The position numbers were made by a program, and so were the translations under genes. A DNA stretch of 64,000 nt from Anthoceros angustus. Lineage: Eukaryota > Plantae > Anthocerotophyta. The DNA lies in the NCBI GenBank assembly GCA_010909165.1, contig MU008209.1, forward strand, positions 124,001 through 188,000, given 5' to 3'. This document shows, one piece after another, positions 50,766 to 62,755 of this stretch; position 1 is the first letter of the stretch, and each line of letters starts with the position of its first letter. Below the pieces are notes generated by a model that was given only the letters and a program-made list of their open reading frames with translations, made no database searches and was not told where the DNA came from.

Positions 50766-53651
50766 ATGGCCATGTTGCTCGAGCTCCCAACCAGGTTTCA
50801 GGTCTGCAGCAATTCCGCATTCCCGGAGTCTGGGGAAGCGTTGATCAAGCAATCCGCTGTACGGTCATGGATTCAGCCAAGCTCAGCCAAGCAAGGCTGT
50901 TGGGTGCGGGGAGGATATGGGGTTCACCCTTGCAGGAGACCACTGTGTGATTCGGGGCTAGTTTTTGCTGGAGGGGCCTATGCACTGGAAGGAGACGCAC
51001 AGAGGGATGTGCTAGAGTACTGGTGGCAACAATTCTTCCTGGATCCTGGACAGTGGTGGGACAACAGGATGGGTAAGAGCAGTCCCGGGCAGCCGGACTT
51101 CAGGCACAAGACGTCCAAGCAGGGCTTGTGGCTGCACAATTGTTGCAAGCCCAACTGGGTGCTTTCGAGGTTAGCACGGTGGGACGCTGACATTGGGAGT
51201 GGAGGAAGTGAAGGGGGTTTGGAGGTGGAGAGATTGAGCAGATGTTGTGAGGAGGGGGAGGTTGAGGCGGCTGTTGAAGCTTTGGACTTGTTGGTGGAAC
51301 GGGGATGGGAGGTTAGAGAGACTCTTGTTTATTGTGTGCTGAAGAAGTGTATGGGGCAGAAGGACTTGAGTTTTGGCAGGCGGGTTCATGCCTTTGCTGT
51401 CAGAAGTGGGCATGAGTTGAGCCCGTTCTTGGCAAACCACCTGATCTTGCTCTATGCCTCTCATAACAAGTTGGAGGAAGCAAGGCAGGTTTTTAGGAGT
51501 GTTGCTGCCCCGAATGCATACATGTGGGCTTCCATTGTCTTGGCTCATGCCCAGCATGAACAGCCTGCAGAGGCTATCGTGTTGTATCGGAGAATGCGGG
51601 ATTCAAGCTTGAAGCCAGACAACCATGTGTTCGTTGCGGTTCTTAAGGCCTGTGCCATGTCAGAGGATCTGGTTGCAGGGAGGGAAGTTTGTGCTGATAT
51701 CCTGGCAAGTGGTGTGAAAACCAATAAATTCGTGGGAAGCAGCCTTGTGAACATGTATGTAAAGTGTGGGAGCCTGGAGGAGGCTCGCGAAGTGTTTGAC
51801 AGTTTGCCCAAGAAAAGTGTGGTGACATGGACCGCTATGCTTGCAGGCTATGCGCAGCATGGCCTTGGTATAGAAGCTCTGGAACTGTATGCAAGTATGC
51901 AGCGGGAAGGTATAGTTCCACCCAATCATGTTACGTTTGTATGTCTGCTGCAGGCATGTGCCAGTGTCAGAGCCCTGCACCAAGGAAAGCAGCTGCATGC
52001 GCAAATTCAGCAGATGGGTCTGGAGGCTGATGTGGTTATTGGCAACTGCTTGGTGGACATGTATTCTAAATGTGGGAGCTTGCCTGACGCTCACAGAGTA
52101 TTTGAGACATTGTCCAGAAGGGATGTGGTGACATGGAATGCCATGCTCACAGGATATGCTCAGAATGGGCTTGGAAAAGAAGCCATTGCTCTTTATGCAC
52201 GCATGCAAGAAGAGGCAGCAACACCTGCTGATTCTGCCACCTTTGTGTCCCTTGTGCAAGCATGTGCTAACAGCAAGGATCTGCATCAGGGGAAGCAGCT
52301 TCACGCACAGATAAAGGAACAGGGTCTGGAAGCTGATCTGACAGTCGGAAACAGTTTGGTGGATATGTATTCGAAATGTGGAAGCATGGAAGATGCTCGG
52401 AGAGTCTTTGATGGCTTGCCGTCCAGAGATGTGGTGACATGGAATGCCTTGATCACAGGGTATACACAACAGGAGCTGGGCGGAGAAGCTCTGGCTCTGT
52501 ATGAAAGTATGCAAGGTGCAGGCACGACCGCAGGCAATCGTGTCACATATGTTGCCCTCCTTGGAGCATGTGCTAGCGTTGGTGCTGTGCATCAGGGGAG
52601 GCAGCTTCATCGACAAATAAGGGAAAGGGGACTGGAAGCTGATGTAGTCATTGGCAATGGCCTGGTTGACATGTACGTCAAGTGTGCCAGTTTGGACGAA
52701 GCTCGCCAAGTCTTCAATGAATTGCACACAAGAGATGTCGTAACGTGGAATGCTCTGCTCAATGGCTACGCAGAACATAGTGAGGCCGAGCTGGCTATGC
52801 AATCTTTCAAGGAAATGTGTCGTCAAGGCGTGCAGCCAGATGAGGCTACATTTATCTGCCTTCTTGTTGCTTGCAGTCATGCAGGCCTCGTGAACAAGGG
52901 CCTACAGTACTTCAGGATGATGATGGATGAGCATGGTATTGCACCCAACGACTATCATTATAACTGTTTAGTCGACCTCCTAGCACGAGCAGGCCATCTA
53001 GGTGAGGCAGAAGGCATCTTATGCAGCAAGCCATGTAGGAGTTCAGTGGCGGGTTGGACTTCACTTCTGAGTGCCTGCAAAGGCCATGGTGATGTAGATC
53101 GAGGAAGACGATGCTTTGACCACCTGATGAATCTGGATCCTCTAAACGGGAGCTACTATGTCCTCCTGGCAAACATCTATGCATCCGCAGGCAGGTGGGA
53201 CGAGGTCGACAGGATAGAAAGCTTGAGAAAGTCAGTGGGGGCTGTTAAGAAGCCTGCAAAGGCCTGCATCGAAGTGAACAACAAGGTACACGTGTTCACA
53301 GTAGGAGAAGAGAGGTACGATCTCTTACCAAAGCTGAGGAGCGTGAACTTGAGGTTGAAGGAGGAAGGGGGCCAAGTGCAAAAAACAGGGTTAGTTCTTA
53401 ACGACTTGTCCGAGGAGGATAGAAAAGACTCCTTGTGTGGACATGCGGAGAAACTTGCCTTGGCCTATGGTTTCCTGAACACTCCGGACGGCACAACTTT
53501 GTTAGTCACAAAAAATCTTCGTATGTGCTGCGAGTGCCACAGTGGCACCAAGATTATGTCACGTCTCGAGAAGCGAGACATCATTGTGAGAGACGCACAC
53601 CAAGTACACTGTTTTGTGAACGGCTCTTGTTCATGCGGGGATCGGCATTGA
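50766..53651 (+). CDS. PLS-class PPR protein with an N-terminal WW/PDF motif and a C-terminal DYW:KP (DRH-type) deaminase-like domain; candidate U-to-C organellar RNA editing factor
   Basis: 961-aa intronless ORF with QWWDNR..PDFRHK..GLWL, PLS triplets, E1/E2, KKPAKACIEV, HAEKLA..RMCCECH and C-terminal SCSCGDRH. Confidence 0.95.
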   Translation: MAMLLELPTRFQVCSNSAFPESGEALIKQSAVRSWIQPSSAKQGCWVRGGYGVHPCRRPLCDSGLVFAGGAYALEGDAQRDVLEYWWQQFFLDPGQWWDNRMGKSSPGQPDFRHKTSKQGLWLHNCCKPNWVLSRLARWDADIGSGGSEGGLEVERLSRCCEEGEVEAAVEALDLLVERGWEVRETLVYCVLKKCMGQKDLSFGRRVHAFAVRSGHELSPFLANHLILLYASHNKLEEARQVFRSVAAPNAYMWASIVLAHAQHEQPAEAIVLYRRMRDSSLKPDNHVFVAVLKACAMSEDLVAGREVCADILASGVKTNKFVGSSLVNMYVKCGSLEEAREVFDSLPKKSVVTWTAMLAGYAQHGLGIEALELYASMQREGIVPPNHVTFVCLLQACASVRALHQGKQLHAQIQQMGLEADVVIGNCLVDMYSKCGSLPDAHRVFETLSRRDVVTWNAMLTGYAQNGLGKEAIALYARMQEEAATPADSATFVSLVQACANSKDLHQGKQLHAQIKEQGLEADLTVGNSLVDMYSKCGSMEDARRVFDGLPSRDVVTWNALITGYTQQELGGEALALYESMQGAGTTAGNRVTYVALLGACASVGAVHQGRQLHRQIRERGLEADVVIGNGLVDMYVKCASLDEARQVFNELHTRDVVTWNALLNGYAEHSEAELAMQSFKEMCRQGVQPDEATFICLLVACSHAGLVNKGLQYFRMMMDEHGIAPNDYHYNCLVDLLARAGHLGEAEGILCSKPCRSSVAGWTSLLSACKGHGDVDRGRRCFDHLMNLDPLNGSYYVLLANIYASAGRWDEVDRIESLRKSVGAVKKPAKACIEVNNKVHVFTVGEERYDLLPKLRSVNLRLKEEGGQVQKTGLVLNDLSEEDRKDSLCGHAEKLALAYGFLNTPDGTTLLVTKNLRMCCECHSGTKIMSRLEKRDIIVRDAHQVHCFVNGSCSCGDRH

Positions 53652-53992
53652 CAAGCTTTTTGTGTCCAGTATCTGCAGGCGTTTGTACTCGTCTAAGACT
53701 GCCAGGTACCAAATATCAGAACTCTTAGCACTTCCAGCGGATGCGAAACGGTCTGTGCTACTTGACAACATATGTGACAACCGATCCTTGTAGCGATTTA
53801 AGTTTTGCAAATAAAATAGTGTAAAACTATAACAGAAGAAATGAAGTGAATTTAACTGTACAATTAAACGCTCATTTTATTTTATACAAAAAAATTAAAA
53901 TAATTATGAATTCCTGATTTTAAAATACTACACAATAAGTTAAGTTTATTGATAAGCGTCTCGCGCCATTGAACTCACACGAGGGAGTCTTG

Positions 53993-54410
53993 CACGCCCT
54001 TTCTAAGAAAGACTTCATGCGTACTATTGGTGGGGCCACGCCCTTTCTAAGAAAGACTTAGTGCGTTCTATTGGTGGGGCCAATTGTACAACGAGCCACA
54101 TTGACATCCCTCAACATTTGCTAGATTTCCACTCTAGATTGGATGCCATCCAACACGCAAAACAAATATGATACGCAAGTATAGGTGCAAACCAATATCG
54201 ATAGAAGAGAGGAGCTCGCACGTCGTGGCATAAACATACTCTCCCCACGAGAACAACACGCAAATTCCTCACACATCGCTCTCGGAGTCATAGCTTTGGC
54301 CTCCTCACAACACTCTTGCATTGCATATCTAGAGGGCCTCCTCATAACACACTTTGTATTGCATCTCTAGAGGGCCTCCTCACAACACTCTTGCATAATG
54401 CATCTCTAGA
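53993..54410. repeat. Short tandem duplications (44 bp x2 at 53993-54080; ca. 36 bp x3 at 54298-54410)
   Basis: cacgccctttctaagaaagactt..tattggtggggc x2 and ggcctcctca.aacact.ttg..ttgcat.tctagag x3. Confidence 0.8.
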
Positions 54411-54954
54411 GGACAAGCTATGATCTGAGCTTGTCCACTGTGAAAGAATCTATATATATACTAGCCCTTGGCATCGGCATATTCTAAGATATCCTATTGT
54501 CCAAATGGCTTAGGCCAAATGGATACATATTTTGTCATGATTAAGCATCCTAGGCTTAGATCGGTACTTAGATGGGGTGCCTAAAGGGAGTGGATGCCCT
54601 TGGTGCAAGTAGCTTAGGCACACCATGGTACAAGTTGTTAAGTACCAAGTCCTATGAAGGAAATCCGTCCTTAGTGAACTTAAATAAAATTCTTCTTCTT
54701 CTTCTTCTATTGGCATCAGCATATGCAGGAAATATTCTCAAAATACACTATAATATGCAAGGAATATGTTAAAGCATTTTACTTGTGCATATTGCTAACC
54801 ATGTTTAATTAACATAAGCACCTTAGATTAATTAATACTAATTACCTACTTAAAGATAAGTAATTAAATTAATTAATGCTAATCCAACACTAAAACCAAG
54901 TACAGAGATTAGTGTCACACGGTATGACAATGTCCTTCAATGCTACTTTTTTTA

Positions 54955-55370
54955 GCTCATGGCTGCAAGTCCTTCAACAGTTCAGGGTTGCAAGTCCTTC
55001 GATGCTAGTTTCACAGCTTAGGGTTGTAAGTCGTTCAACGTTACTTTTCACACCTCAGGGCTGCAAGTCTTTCACCACTACTCTTCACAATTGCATCTTA
55101 GGGTTGCAAGTCCTTCACCGCCACTCTTCACAACTGCACCTCAGGGCTACAAGCTGTCCTTCACCGCTACTCTGCAACTCAGGGGTGCAAGCCCTTGACT
55201 GCACTCTACAACTTAAGACTACAAGTCGTTTACTACTACACCACTGGAACTTGGCGCAACAAGTCCTTCAAAATTCACTGCTACTATGTAACTCAAGGTA
55301 GCTTCATCGCACTCTGTAACTCAGTCATCACAGAAGGCCTCATAGCCCCTCGCAGTCGCAAGTCTTGTAG
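54955..55370. repeat. Degenerate ca. 30-40-bp minisatellite (ctcagggctgcaagtccttca..ctact)
   Basis: The ggg(c/t)tgcaagtccttc motif recurs about 10 times. Confidence 0.75.
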
Positions 55371-56057
55371 ATCACTATAATTTGTGGAGTCACAAAGTTG
55401 GGACAACATTCTCATGCCTTCACTCCTCCATCAAGAAGCTTGCAAGTAGTGTTGACATATGTACAATATGCATTACTGCGCAAGGGATTTCCAGCCATCA
55501 AAAGTTCATACAAGCAACGAAATCTCAATCATCGATACACTCAACTCAGAAACTATAACCTCACTCAAACATATGAGATTGTAACACATCCACACTGCCA
55601 ACAAGATAGGGGCTCCTCCACAATTCCATTGAACCTTCAGCCGTATTTTCTTTTTTCACGTGACGATTGAGCTTTATAAAACGGAAGATTACAGAGTCAG
55701 CTCAGCACCGGAGAGCACAATATGAAGGGCAGATGAGTGCCCAAAGAACCCCCTTCTAAGGGGGTTGCAAAACCTAACCAGGTGCACATAACAGAAAAGA
55801 CAAAAACCAAAGAAGGCAGAGGGGCACCCCTCTCTATCAAGACAAGACACGCCCTTGAGGCCAAGCGAGAGCCCAGCAAGGCCTCGTATAGCATCACAAG
55901 TTTTCTCGTTGCGGACAAATCGATCCTTTAGCAATTTAACTTTTGTAAACAAAAACTATAAAACTCTAAGACATAATTAACCATACAATAAATCACTCAC
56001 TTAATTTTATATAAAAATTAAAATGATAAATTCATGATTCCAAGACACTCTACAATC

Positions 56058-56776
56058 AATCAAGTTGACATCCTTCAACATTTGGTTGGATGTACACTTT
56101 AGTGTTGATAACGTTGAAGGCTATGTATGTATCTCTTTGCGAAAAAATTCCTATCACATTCATTGAATTTGTGAAAAAATTCCTATCACATTCATTGAAT
56201 TTGCATGATCATCTTGCCTCATCCTGAGACAAAGTATATTCTTAATTGGATCACTATCTTGATAAGCTTTTAGCCATAAGTTCGAATGAGAATGATGCAT
56301 GTAATGGGATCGTCTACGGTATCAAATGCAAATGTGAGATCCACTAAGTCCCGATAAATGTCTTTTGATTCCTTGAAACATAAACTTCCGGGGAACCTCG
56401 AAGATGGTACTTCATGATATGACATTTGCCATCTTATCTCCTTGATAATAGCATCATATACTGCTCGAGTAACATAGGTCACTCCATATCCATTATCAAT
56501 GATCGTACCACTCCTCCCATTCGATTTGATCTTAAATTCATCTTGATCTATTGAAAGTTGATAGCGACCAACATAAATTTGCACAACTTGTACGTAATAT
56601 GTTGGGAACCTATCATTTTGCAAAAAGGAAATACTAATCAACTTATTTTTGGCAACAGGTAAAGCAACATCTCCCAATATTAGTTTACCGGTTTTTCCCA
56701 AGTTAGCTCCACCGCTTGTAACCAAGCAATACCCAAATAGATAACTAGTAAATGGACTCAATTGTGAAAAGAGGGA
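56058..56776 (-). pseudogene. A1 (nepenthesin/TAXi-type) aspartic protease pseudogene, C-terminal half
   Basis: SLFSQL..FGYCL..GKLILG..TYYVQV..GTIIDNG (DSG motif altered)..NVIGIFSQ. Confidence 0.85.
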
Positions 56777-56814
56777 GCAACAATGAATGACAATTATTTG
56801 CTTCCCTTAAACAC

Positions 56815-56931
56815 TGATTGTGCTAGTGTGTTGATTGGAACCCCGCCTCAAAGGTTGGCTCTCTCTTTGAATACAGGAAGCAATTTTGTATGGGTACAAT
56901 GAGATGGTTGCCTGAATTGTTTCAAAACAGG
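56815..56931 (+). pseudogene. Aspartic protease piece with the first catalytic motif (inverted segment, left of the insertion)
   Basis: ASVLIGTPPQRLALSLNTGSNFVWVQ*DGCLNCFKTG, with DTGS changed to NTGS. Confidence 0.85.
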
Positions 56932-57284
56932 TGTGACGAGACTTTCGCTGACGGTTAGCCGGGCGCGCACAATCCCGTGTCGTTGTAGTAAGGGGGTCCA
57001 TTCCCAAGAGAATGATAGGCTCCGTTTGCCACGTTTCAATCGTTTCTCACCTCACGTAGTACCCGTTTCAGACTCAACACACACATTCATCGTTTTACGA
57101 CTAACTACCTACGCTCACGGGCGTGGCCAAGCGTTTAAGGACCGTTCATCTAAGTATCATTTTGTCACTCGTTCCTCTAGTCCGCTCCTCTCACCATTCA
57201 CACTACGGTCATCATCCTTGGAAAATCGCGGGTGGTCATGCGGTCCGGACCTCCTCCGTCGCTCTGCCAGCCTCTCCCGTTTAC

Positions 57285-58062
57285 ACGCCTCCGGAGTTCC
57301 TCCGGCTTGCGGTCCGGTCGAGCCGGGCCGCGGACGAGCAAGGGTCCTTGGCCGCTCTTCTGCACACACCACCACACGTTGGGTCCGTCACGGGACCTTG
57401 ATCGATCTCTCCGGGGTATGTGCACTCGATGACTCGGGACTCACGCTAGCAAGAAGACGCACAAGGGTCTGCAGAAAAGCAGCATCAACACCAAGAGAAA
57501 GATACTTACTAGAGCAGCCTCAGCCCTCTTATACTACGCCGAAGGTCGGTGTCTTTATTACACTCTAATGCAGTGGTGACATTTCAGATGCCATCGCCTA
57601 CCATCTTATTCCCTTCCTCCTATCTTCGTCGTCGGTGGGCACAGGGATGACCTTGGTTCCGTCTCGGGTGGCCCAATTCCGCTCGGCTCACGCCTCCCGA
57701 GTTCCTCCGGCCATGCCCGGTCCGTCCGAAGCCGGGCCACGGACGAGCAAGGTCCTTGGCCGCTCTTCCCCGCACACCACCACATGCTAGGGTCCGCTCA
57801 CGGGACCTTGATCGCCTCTCCGGCCGCCGTGCCTCGATGACTCGGGACTCACGCTAGCAAGAAGACGCACAAGGTCTCGCAAGAAAACGCATCAACACCA
57901 AGAGAAAGATACTTACTAGAGCACCTCTCTTATACTACGAAGGTCGGTGTCTTTATTACACTCTATTCGAAATGGTGACCCGATGCTCTAATCGGCCGCC
58001 TACCATCTTATTCCCTTCCTCCTATCTATGGTGGGCACAGGGATGACCTTGGTTCCGTCTCG
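57285..58062. repeat. About 400-bp tandem duplication within the element, covering a TATA-like region
   Basis: 57285-57667 versus 57690-58062. Confidence 0.9.
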
Positions 58063-58440
58063 GCGCTGGTGGCCCACCTCGCTCGACGCATGCGACCAAT
58101 CGGATGATCGCGGGCGGACCCCTTCCGGAATCACATCGGGTTGGGCTACCATCGCGGTCGACAACCGCGGTAACCACCACATCTTCCTCTCCGGCCCCAG
58201 TGGGTCCCGCCCGATGGGACCACCGGTGCTCCCCTTGCGTAAGTCGGAGGGGGCTCCCCCTCACCTCCTGAGTCCGGACCTCGGTCGGTCTTGACTCGGT
58301 CCGAACTCGTGGTTCGCCTTATTCCTGCAGTCCGTCCTCCGGGTCCGGTCTCATCTTTGGGGTTCGGACCTCAGGGTCCGAACTTATTACCAGGGTCCGG
58401 TCCTCAAGTCCTGGACCCCTCATCCCCGGACCGCCTACTG

Positions 58441-61339
58441 TTAGGGGCCCATCCTCACCCACCGACCCTTGTCTTGGGTCGGGTTGGTTTCCTCCTTCCT
58501 CGCCCCTTTCGGGGCCCCCATCTCTATCCCTCGGCCAGTTGGTGGCTTTTGGGTTGCATTATTGCTCCCCCAGGGCTCTTCTCCACCGCTGCCGTCGTCC
58601 CCAAACAAGGCCACCAAGGCCCCCGTGCTGTCCCCGTGTCCTTCTTCCCCTTCCACTCCCTCTGAGCCTTCCGAAGGTCCGTCCCGTTGTAGCGAGCGCT
58701 AAGAGGCTTCCAACGCCTTAAGGAGCTCAACGTGGTAGTAAGCAAAATCCGAGTCAATTTGCTGGATTGCCTCTTCCACATGCGCCCGGAGCACCCGATA
58801 CTCCCTTCGCCATAGGTGCTCGGGGGGCGGTCTTGTCGGCTTCTTTGGACCATCTCTCCTGCCAGGTTTGACAAATTGAGTCGGGGAATCTCGTGAGGCC
58901 ACAAGGGAAGCCTCGGTTTTCACGTCGCTGTTGCTCACTTTGCTCCGGCTCCGTCGTTTCGCTCATTGCCGGCTTCCACCGCCATAACGCGCTCCCCTCC
59001 GCCTTCCTTAACTGGACCAGCAGCTTCTTTTCTGCGTCCAAGGCTCTCGCTCCCCCGTTCATCCTGGCCTCAAGCTCCGCCATCTCCCTCTCCAGACGGT
59101 CCGGCAACTCTGCCCGATTTCGTGCTTCGTCCAGGTCCTTCTCCATTTCGGCGACGTTCTGCTCCTTGTTCCATCGCCTTACCTCTTCTGTCCGCCAACA
59201 GAGCTGGAGTCGCTCTATCTCCCGCTCGTGATCCGCGATCACGCCCTGCAGATTCCCGTTCCGCTCAATTGTAACTTGGAGCTGCAGCTCCAAGGTCTCC
59301 TTGCGGTCTTCCATCTCCTGCCGCTGTTGCTCCACCTCACGCAACTGAGCTCGGAGATCCTCCATCTCCTTGTTGCTGGCCTCCTTCTCCTCTGCCTGGC
59401 TGGCCCGTGCCTGCTCCGCTGCCTCCTGTTCCGCCTTCAGGTTAGCCGCGGCTATCCCTGCCGTCTCCCTCCACCGGTTTCGATAATGATCCCGGTCGGC
59501 CTTAGCTGACGCCTCCTCCGCCTTCACACAGGCCTCACCGGCTTGGTGTTGGTCGGCCGCCTCGGCAGTCGCGAGCCTCTCCGCTTGCCCTTGGGCCTCC
59601 TCCGCCTCCTTCATGCTACCCCCTCCGCCTCGCAGAGGTCTTCGCCCGTGCTTGGGCCTCTCACAGACGCTTCACTGCTCGCAACAAGGATCTTGGTTGT
59701 CTTCGTGGGACCTCTCGCTCCGCCTCCCGTTTTCCTCCTCGATTGAGGGACTCCGCCTCCGCCTCTGGGCCGCCTCTACCTTGAGTTCCACCATCCTCCA
59801 CGGTGGCCTCCACTTCTTGGGTCTTCTCCGCTGTTCCGCAGAGACCCCAAAGCATACCGTCCATGACGGTGGCTAAAACCCGCCGCGTTTCTTCCACGGG
59901 CGCCGCTGGGGAGATGCCCAGGAAGTCCGCTGTGGGCGCGGGCATCTCTTGGTCTGTCGAGGACCGCCATACTGCAGTCCGGAGCGAGTCCGGACTGGGC
60001 TCTCCGGACCTAATCAGGACCCTCAGGTCCTGAGTGTTGTGGTCCGGAGCCTCGCCTTCCTTGGCCCTCTTGGCCGCTAACTCCTTCTCCGCCCTTCTCC
60101 TCCACGGGGCTCGGAGGTGGTGAAGGGTCCGGAGGCCCTTTTGCCTCTCCGGTCGGGGGCAGGGCAGGCTCGGTGGGGCTGGCGGCCTCCGCTCCTTGGC
60201 GGCGTCCCTTTCCGCCTCCGCCTCTTGCCTCCTCCGCTTCTTGCCACTCCGTTGGGGGCAAAAACCTGGTATCTTGCCGTTGGTAGGCGCTATCTTACGC
60301 CTCTTGGTTCCTTGGTCCGTGACTCGGCTATGTTGTTGTTGGTCAGCTGCCGAGTCAGAACCGCCAACTGCCGCCCTGTGGTCTCCTCCTCCTATGTCGG
60401 CTGCTCCGGTGGGGGCACCAAGAGGAGGGAAGCGGGGATATCTTCCCACACTTCCCTAGGTGGCGAGGGGGTTCGTTCCAAACGGATGGAGTCCGGGATC
60501 CCCTCCCAGTCGTCCTGGGAGGGGATCGGGCCTCCAAGGACGACTCCCGTTTGGCCATAGAGGGTCGGGCCTCAATTTGATGACTTTGGTGAGAAAATCT
60601 CATCAAAGTCAATGCCTGGCCTTTCCCGCTCTGCTTCCGGTAGGGCCGCAAGCCCTTTCCGGAGCGCCCGCTCTTCTTCCCCCTCCTTCAGGAAGTTGAA
60701 GTGTCCCCACACATGGATGAGGAAGGGGGACAGCCCTGACGAAGGCGGCTTCTCGCTCCGTAGTTTCTTGGCCTCTTGGTTGATCCGGGCGAGGATGATC
60801 CTCCCCCAGTCGGCCCTCTTCCCCCGCTGCAGAGCATGCAGGAACACCAGTAGATTGTCACCAAGGTGATCCACCTTGGTGAGCATGTTCCAGTGGACGA
60901 TGATTCTGGCCACTGCTCTCACTCGCCTGTCCAATAGGTCCGCCATCAACCAGTCGTTGGTCGTCCGTTGCGTCCCTGGCTTCAGCATTGTCGCCTTCGC
61001 CGCCTCTATCTTTCCCCTTGCCTTGAGGGGCTCCGGAACTGCGCCTACTTTTTCCTCCGGCGATACCGCCTCGGGACCTCCACCGCCCACCTCATGGGGT
61101 CCTCCCTTAGGCTCTTGAGCGCATTTTACACTGGCGATCGCCAAGATCTTCCGGCGATTCTCGACGAGCGTGACGCTGTCAAACGTCCAAACCGCTCTGA
61201 AGATGTCGAGGTGCCACTTCTCCACCAGGTCCTCTGCTTCCGCCAACCAAGGTCCGAAGTCGGGATATCTCCTGGTGACAATGTTGCTCTCCACCAGGCG
61301 CCATGGCTCTCACACCTCCGCAGCCTTCTTGGGTCCCAT
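58441..61339 (-). pseudogene. Frameshifted ca. 950-codon retroelement accessory ORF (plant-mobile-domain-like N-terminus, long coiled-coil C-terminus)
   Basis: MGPKKAAEV*EPW..ALQRGKRADWGRIILARI..LSPFLIHVW, a low-complexity linker, then an E/Q/R/A-rich coiled coil (58754..59614). Confidence 0.6.
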
Positions 61340-62065
61340 CGCCGCCTTCTTTTTGCTCCGCTGTAGGCGATTGTCTGATTCCGCGCGCCCCTCTCCCCCA
61401 CGCGTTGTTGCTCCAACCACGAAGGTGAGCAGCGAGTGCTGGCCGAAGAGATAGCGCTGAGGCGGGTGGCGAGCGCGAGACTGCGAAAATTGTCTCGAGG
61501 TCACAAAGAGAAATGACCCTCCCAGTCGGTCGCGACGTCGGAAGTAGTCGTTGGGCGGGAGGGTGCCTCTTCGATGTCCGTAACTGTCAGAGGTCTGCAT
61601 GGCTTACTCCCACCTTACGCTTCCGCTTACTCTGGTCTTACGCCGCCGCGTACTCGATATACACGCCCGCCTGTACAGGCGTGAATACCGCCCATAACGC
61701 CATCGGCACCCCACGGTCTGGTCGTACATGCCGATCCTCCTCTCGATCACACACGTGGCCTTGTCTATCTAATACACGCTCCAACTCCTAAGTTACTTTA
61801 CTTGGCGTACTTATCCCATCCTGCTTCGGAGTGTGGTCCGGACTTACCCGGGCATTTTTGTGTGCGATCCGGCCCGCCCCTTCGGTGTGCAGTCCGTGGC
61901 TTCTCCGGAGTGTACTCCGGAGTTCTTCAACCTACTCCGAAGTGTAGTCCGGAGTACTCCGGACCTATTCCTTCCTTTCCGCCTTATTTTCTACTCCGGA
62001 CCTACAAAAAAAACAAAACCCAACTCATTTCCTACCTCCGAGGAGAGTCTGTAGCCCACAACAGG

Positions 62066-62396
62066 GATGACACTTTTTTTTCCTCAAAACTCAGTTACTT
62101 ATAATGTAACAACTTGTGATGCTGCACATTGTTCAACTATGAATCCTACCAAGGATTAGATACGATCTTCTAAGGCAGGTATGCAGGGAAAGGGTGAAAA
62201 ATGTACTTATATACAAAGTTATCAAGACGAAGGAGCATTAGTTGGATGGATTGCCTCTAATGTATTATCTCATCCAAGCCCCAATGATCCATCTGACTAT
62301 ACTAATTTATTATTTATGTTTGGAATCGGGGATATGCAATTCGGATTTTTTTCTCAACAAGAGTCTAGAATACTTGGCCTTGGTAGAGGAGATTTC
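62066..62396 (+). pseudogene. Aspartic protease TAXi_N piece (inverted segment, right of the insertion)
   Basis: FPQNSVTYNVTTCDAAHC..CTYIQSYQD..FMFGIG..ILGLGRG. Confidence 0.85.
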
Positions 62397-62397
62397 G

Positions 62398-62755
62398 AGT
62401 GTTCCTTGGAATAATACGATCCATCCGTATATGATCTTGCAGGAAGGGTAATACTGTTCCCTTAAACAGGAAGGGTAATACTGCTCCCTTAAACAAATTA
62501 TCAATAATCAATCCATATTCAGTGAATGGATTGTGTTCCTGCATATCAAATTGTATAACCGGTTGTGTTCCTGCATATCAAATTGTATAACCGGTTGTGT
62601 TCCTGCATATCAAATTGTATAACCGGTAATTTTAGCTCCGAACTCTTGTTAACTGGTCTTGTCAAATTGTACAATATGGAAGCATGATATATTTATGGGC
62701 TCCCTAGAAATAAAATGGCACTGAATATTGTGAACAAACACCAAAAGGATTTCAT
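62398..62755 (-). pseudogene. Signal peptide and prosegment of the same aspartic protease gene, with 32-bp x3 and 27-bp x2 duplications
   Basis: MKSFWCLFTIFSAILFLGSP*IYHASIL..ELKLPVIQFD, starting from an ATG at 62755. Confidence 0.6.

Larger units (their letters stand above)
56932..62060 (-). mobile_element. 5129-bp TGTG..CACA element with a 5-bp TSD (ACAGG); probable giant Ty3/Gypsy solo LTR carrying a gene
   Basis: ACAGG at 56927-56931 and 62061-62065, and protease sequence resumes across the insertion. No terminal direct repeats and no gag/pol motifs seen. Confidence 0.85.

Noticed and set aside
51660-52880. 406-aa minus-strand ORF
   Set aside because: Antisense shadow of the PPR repeats.
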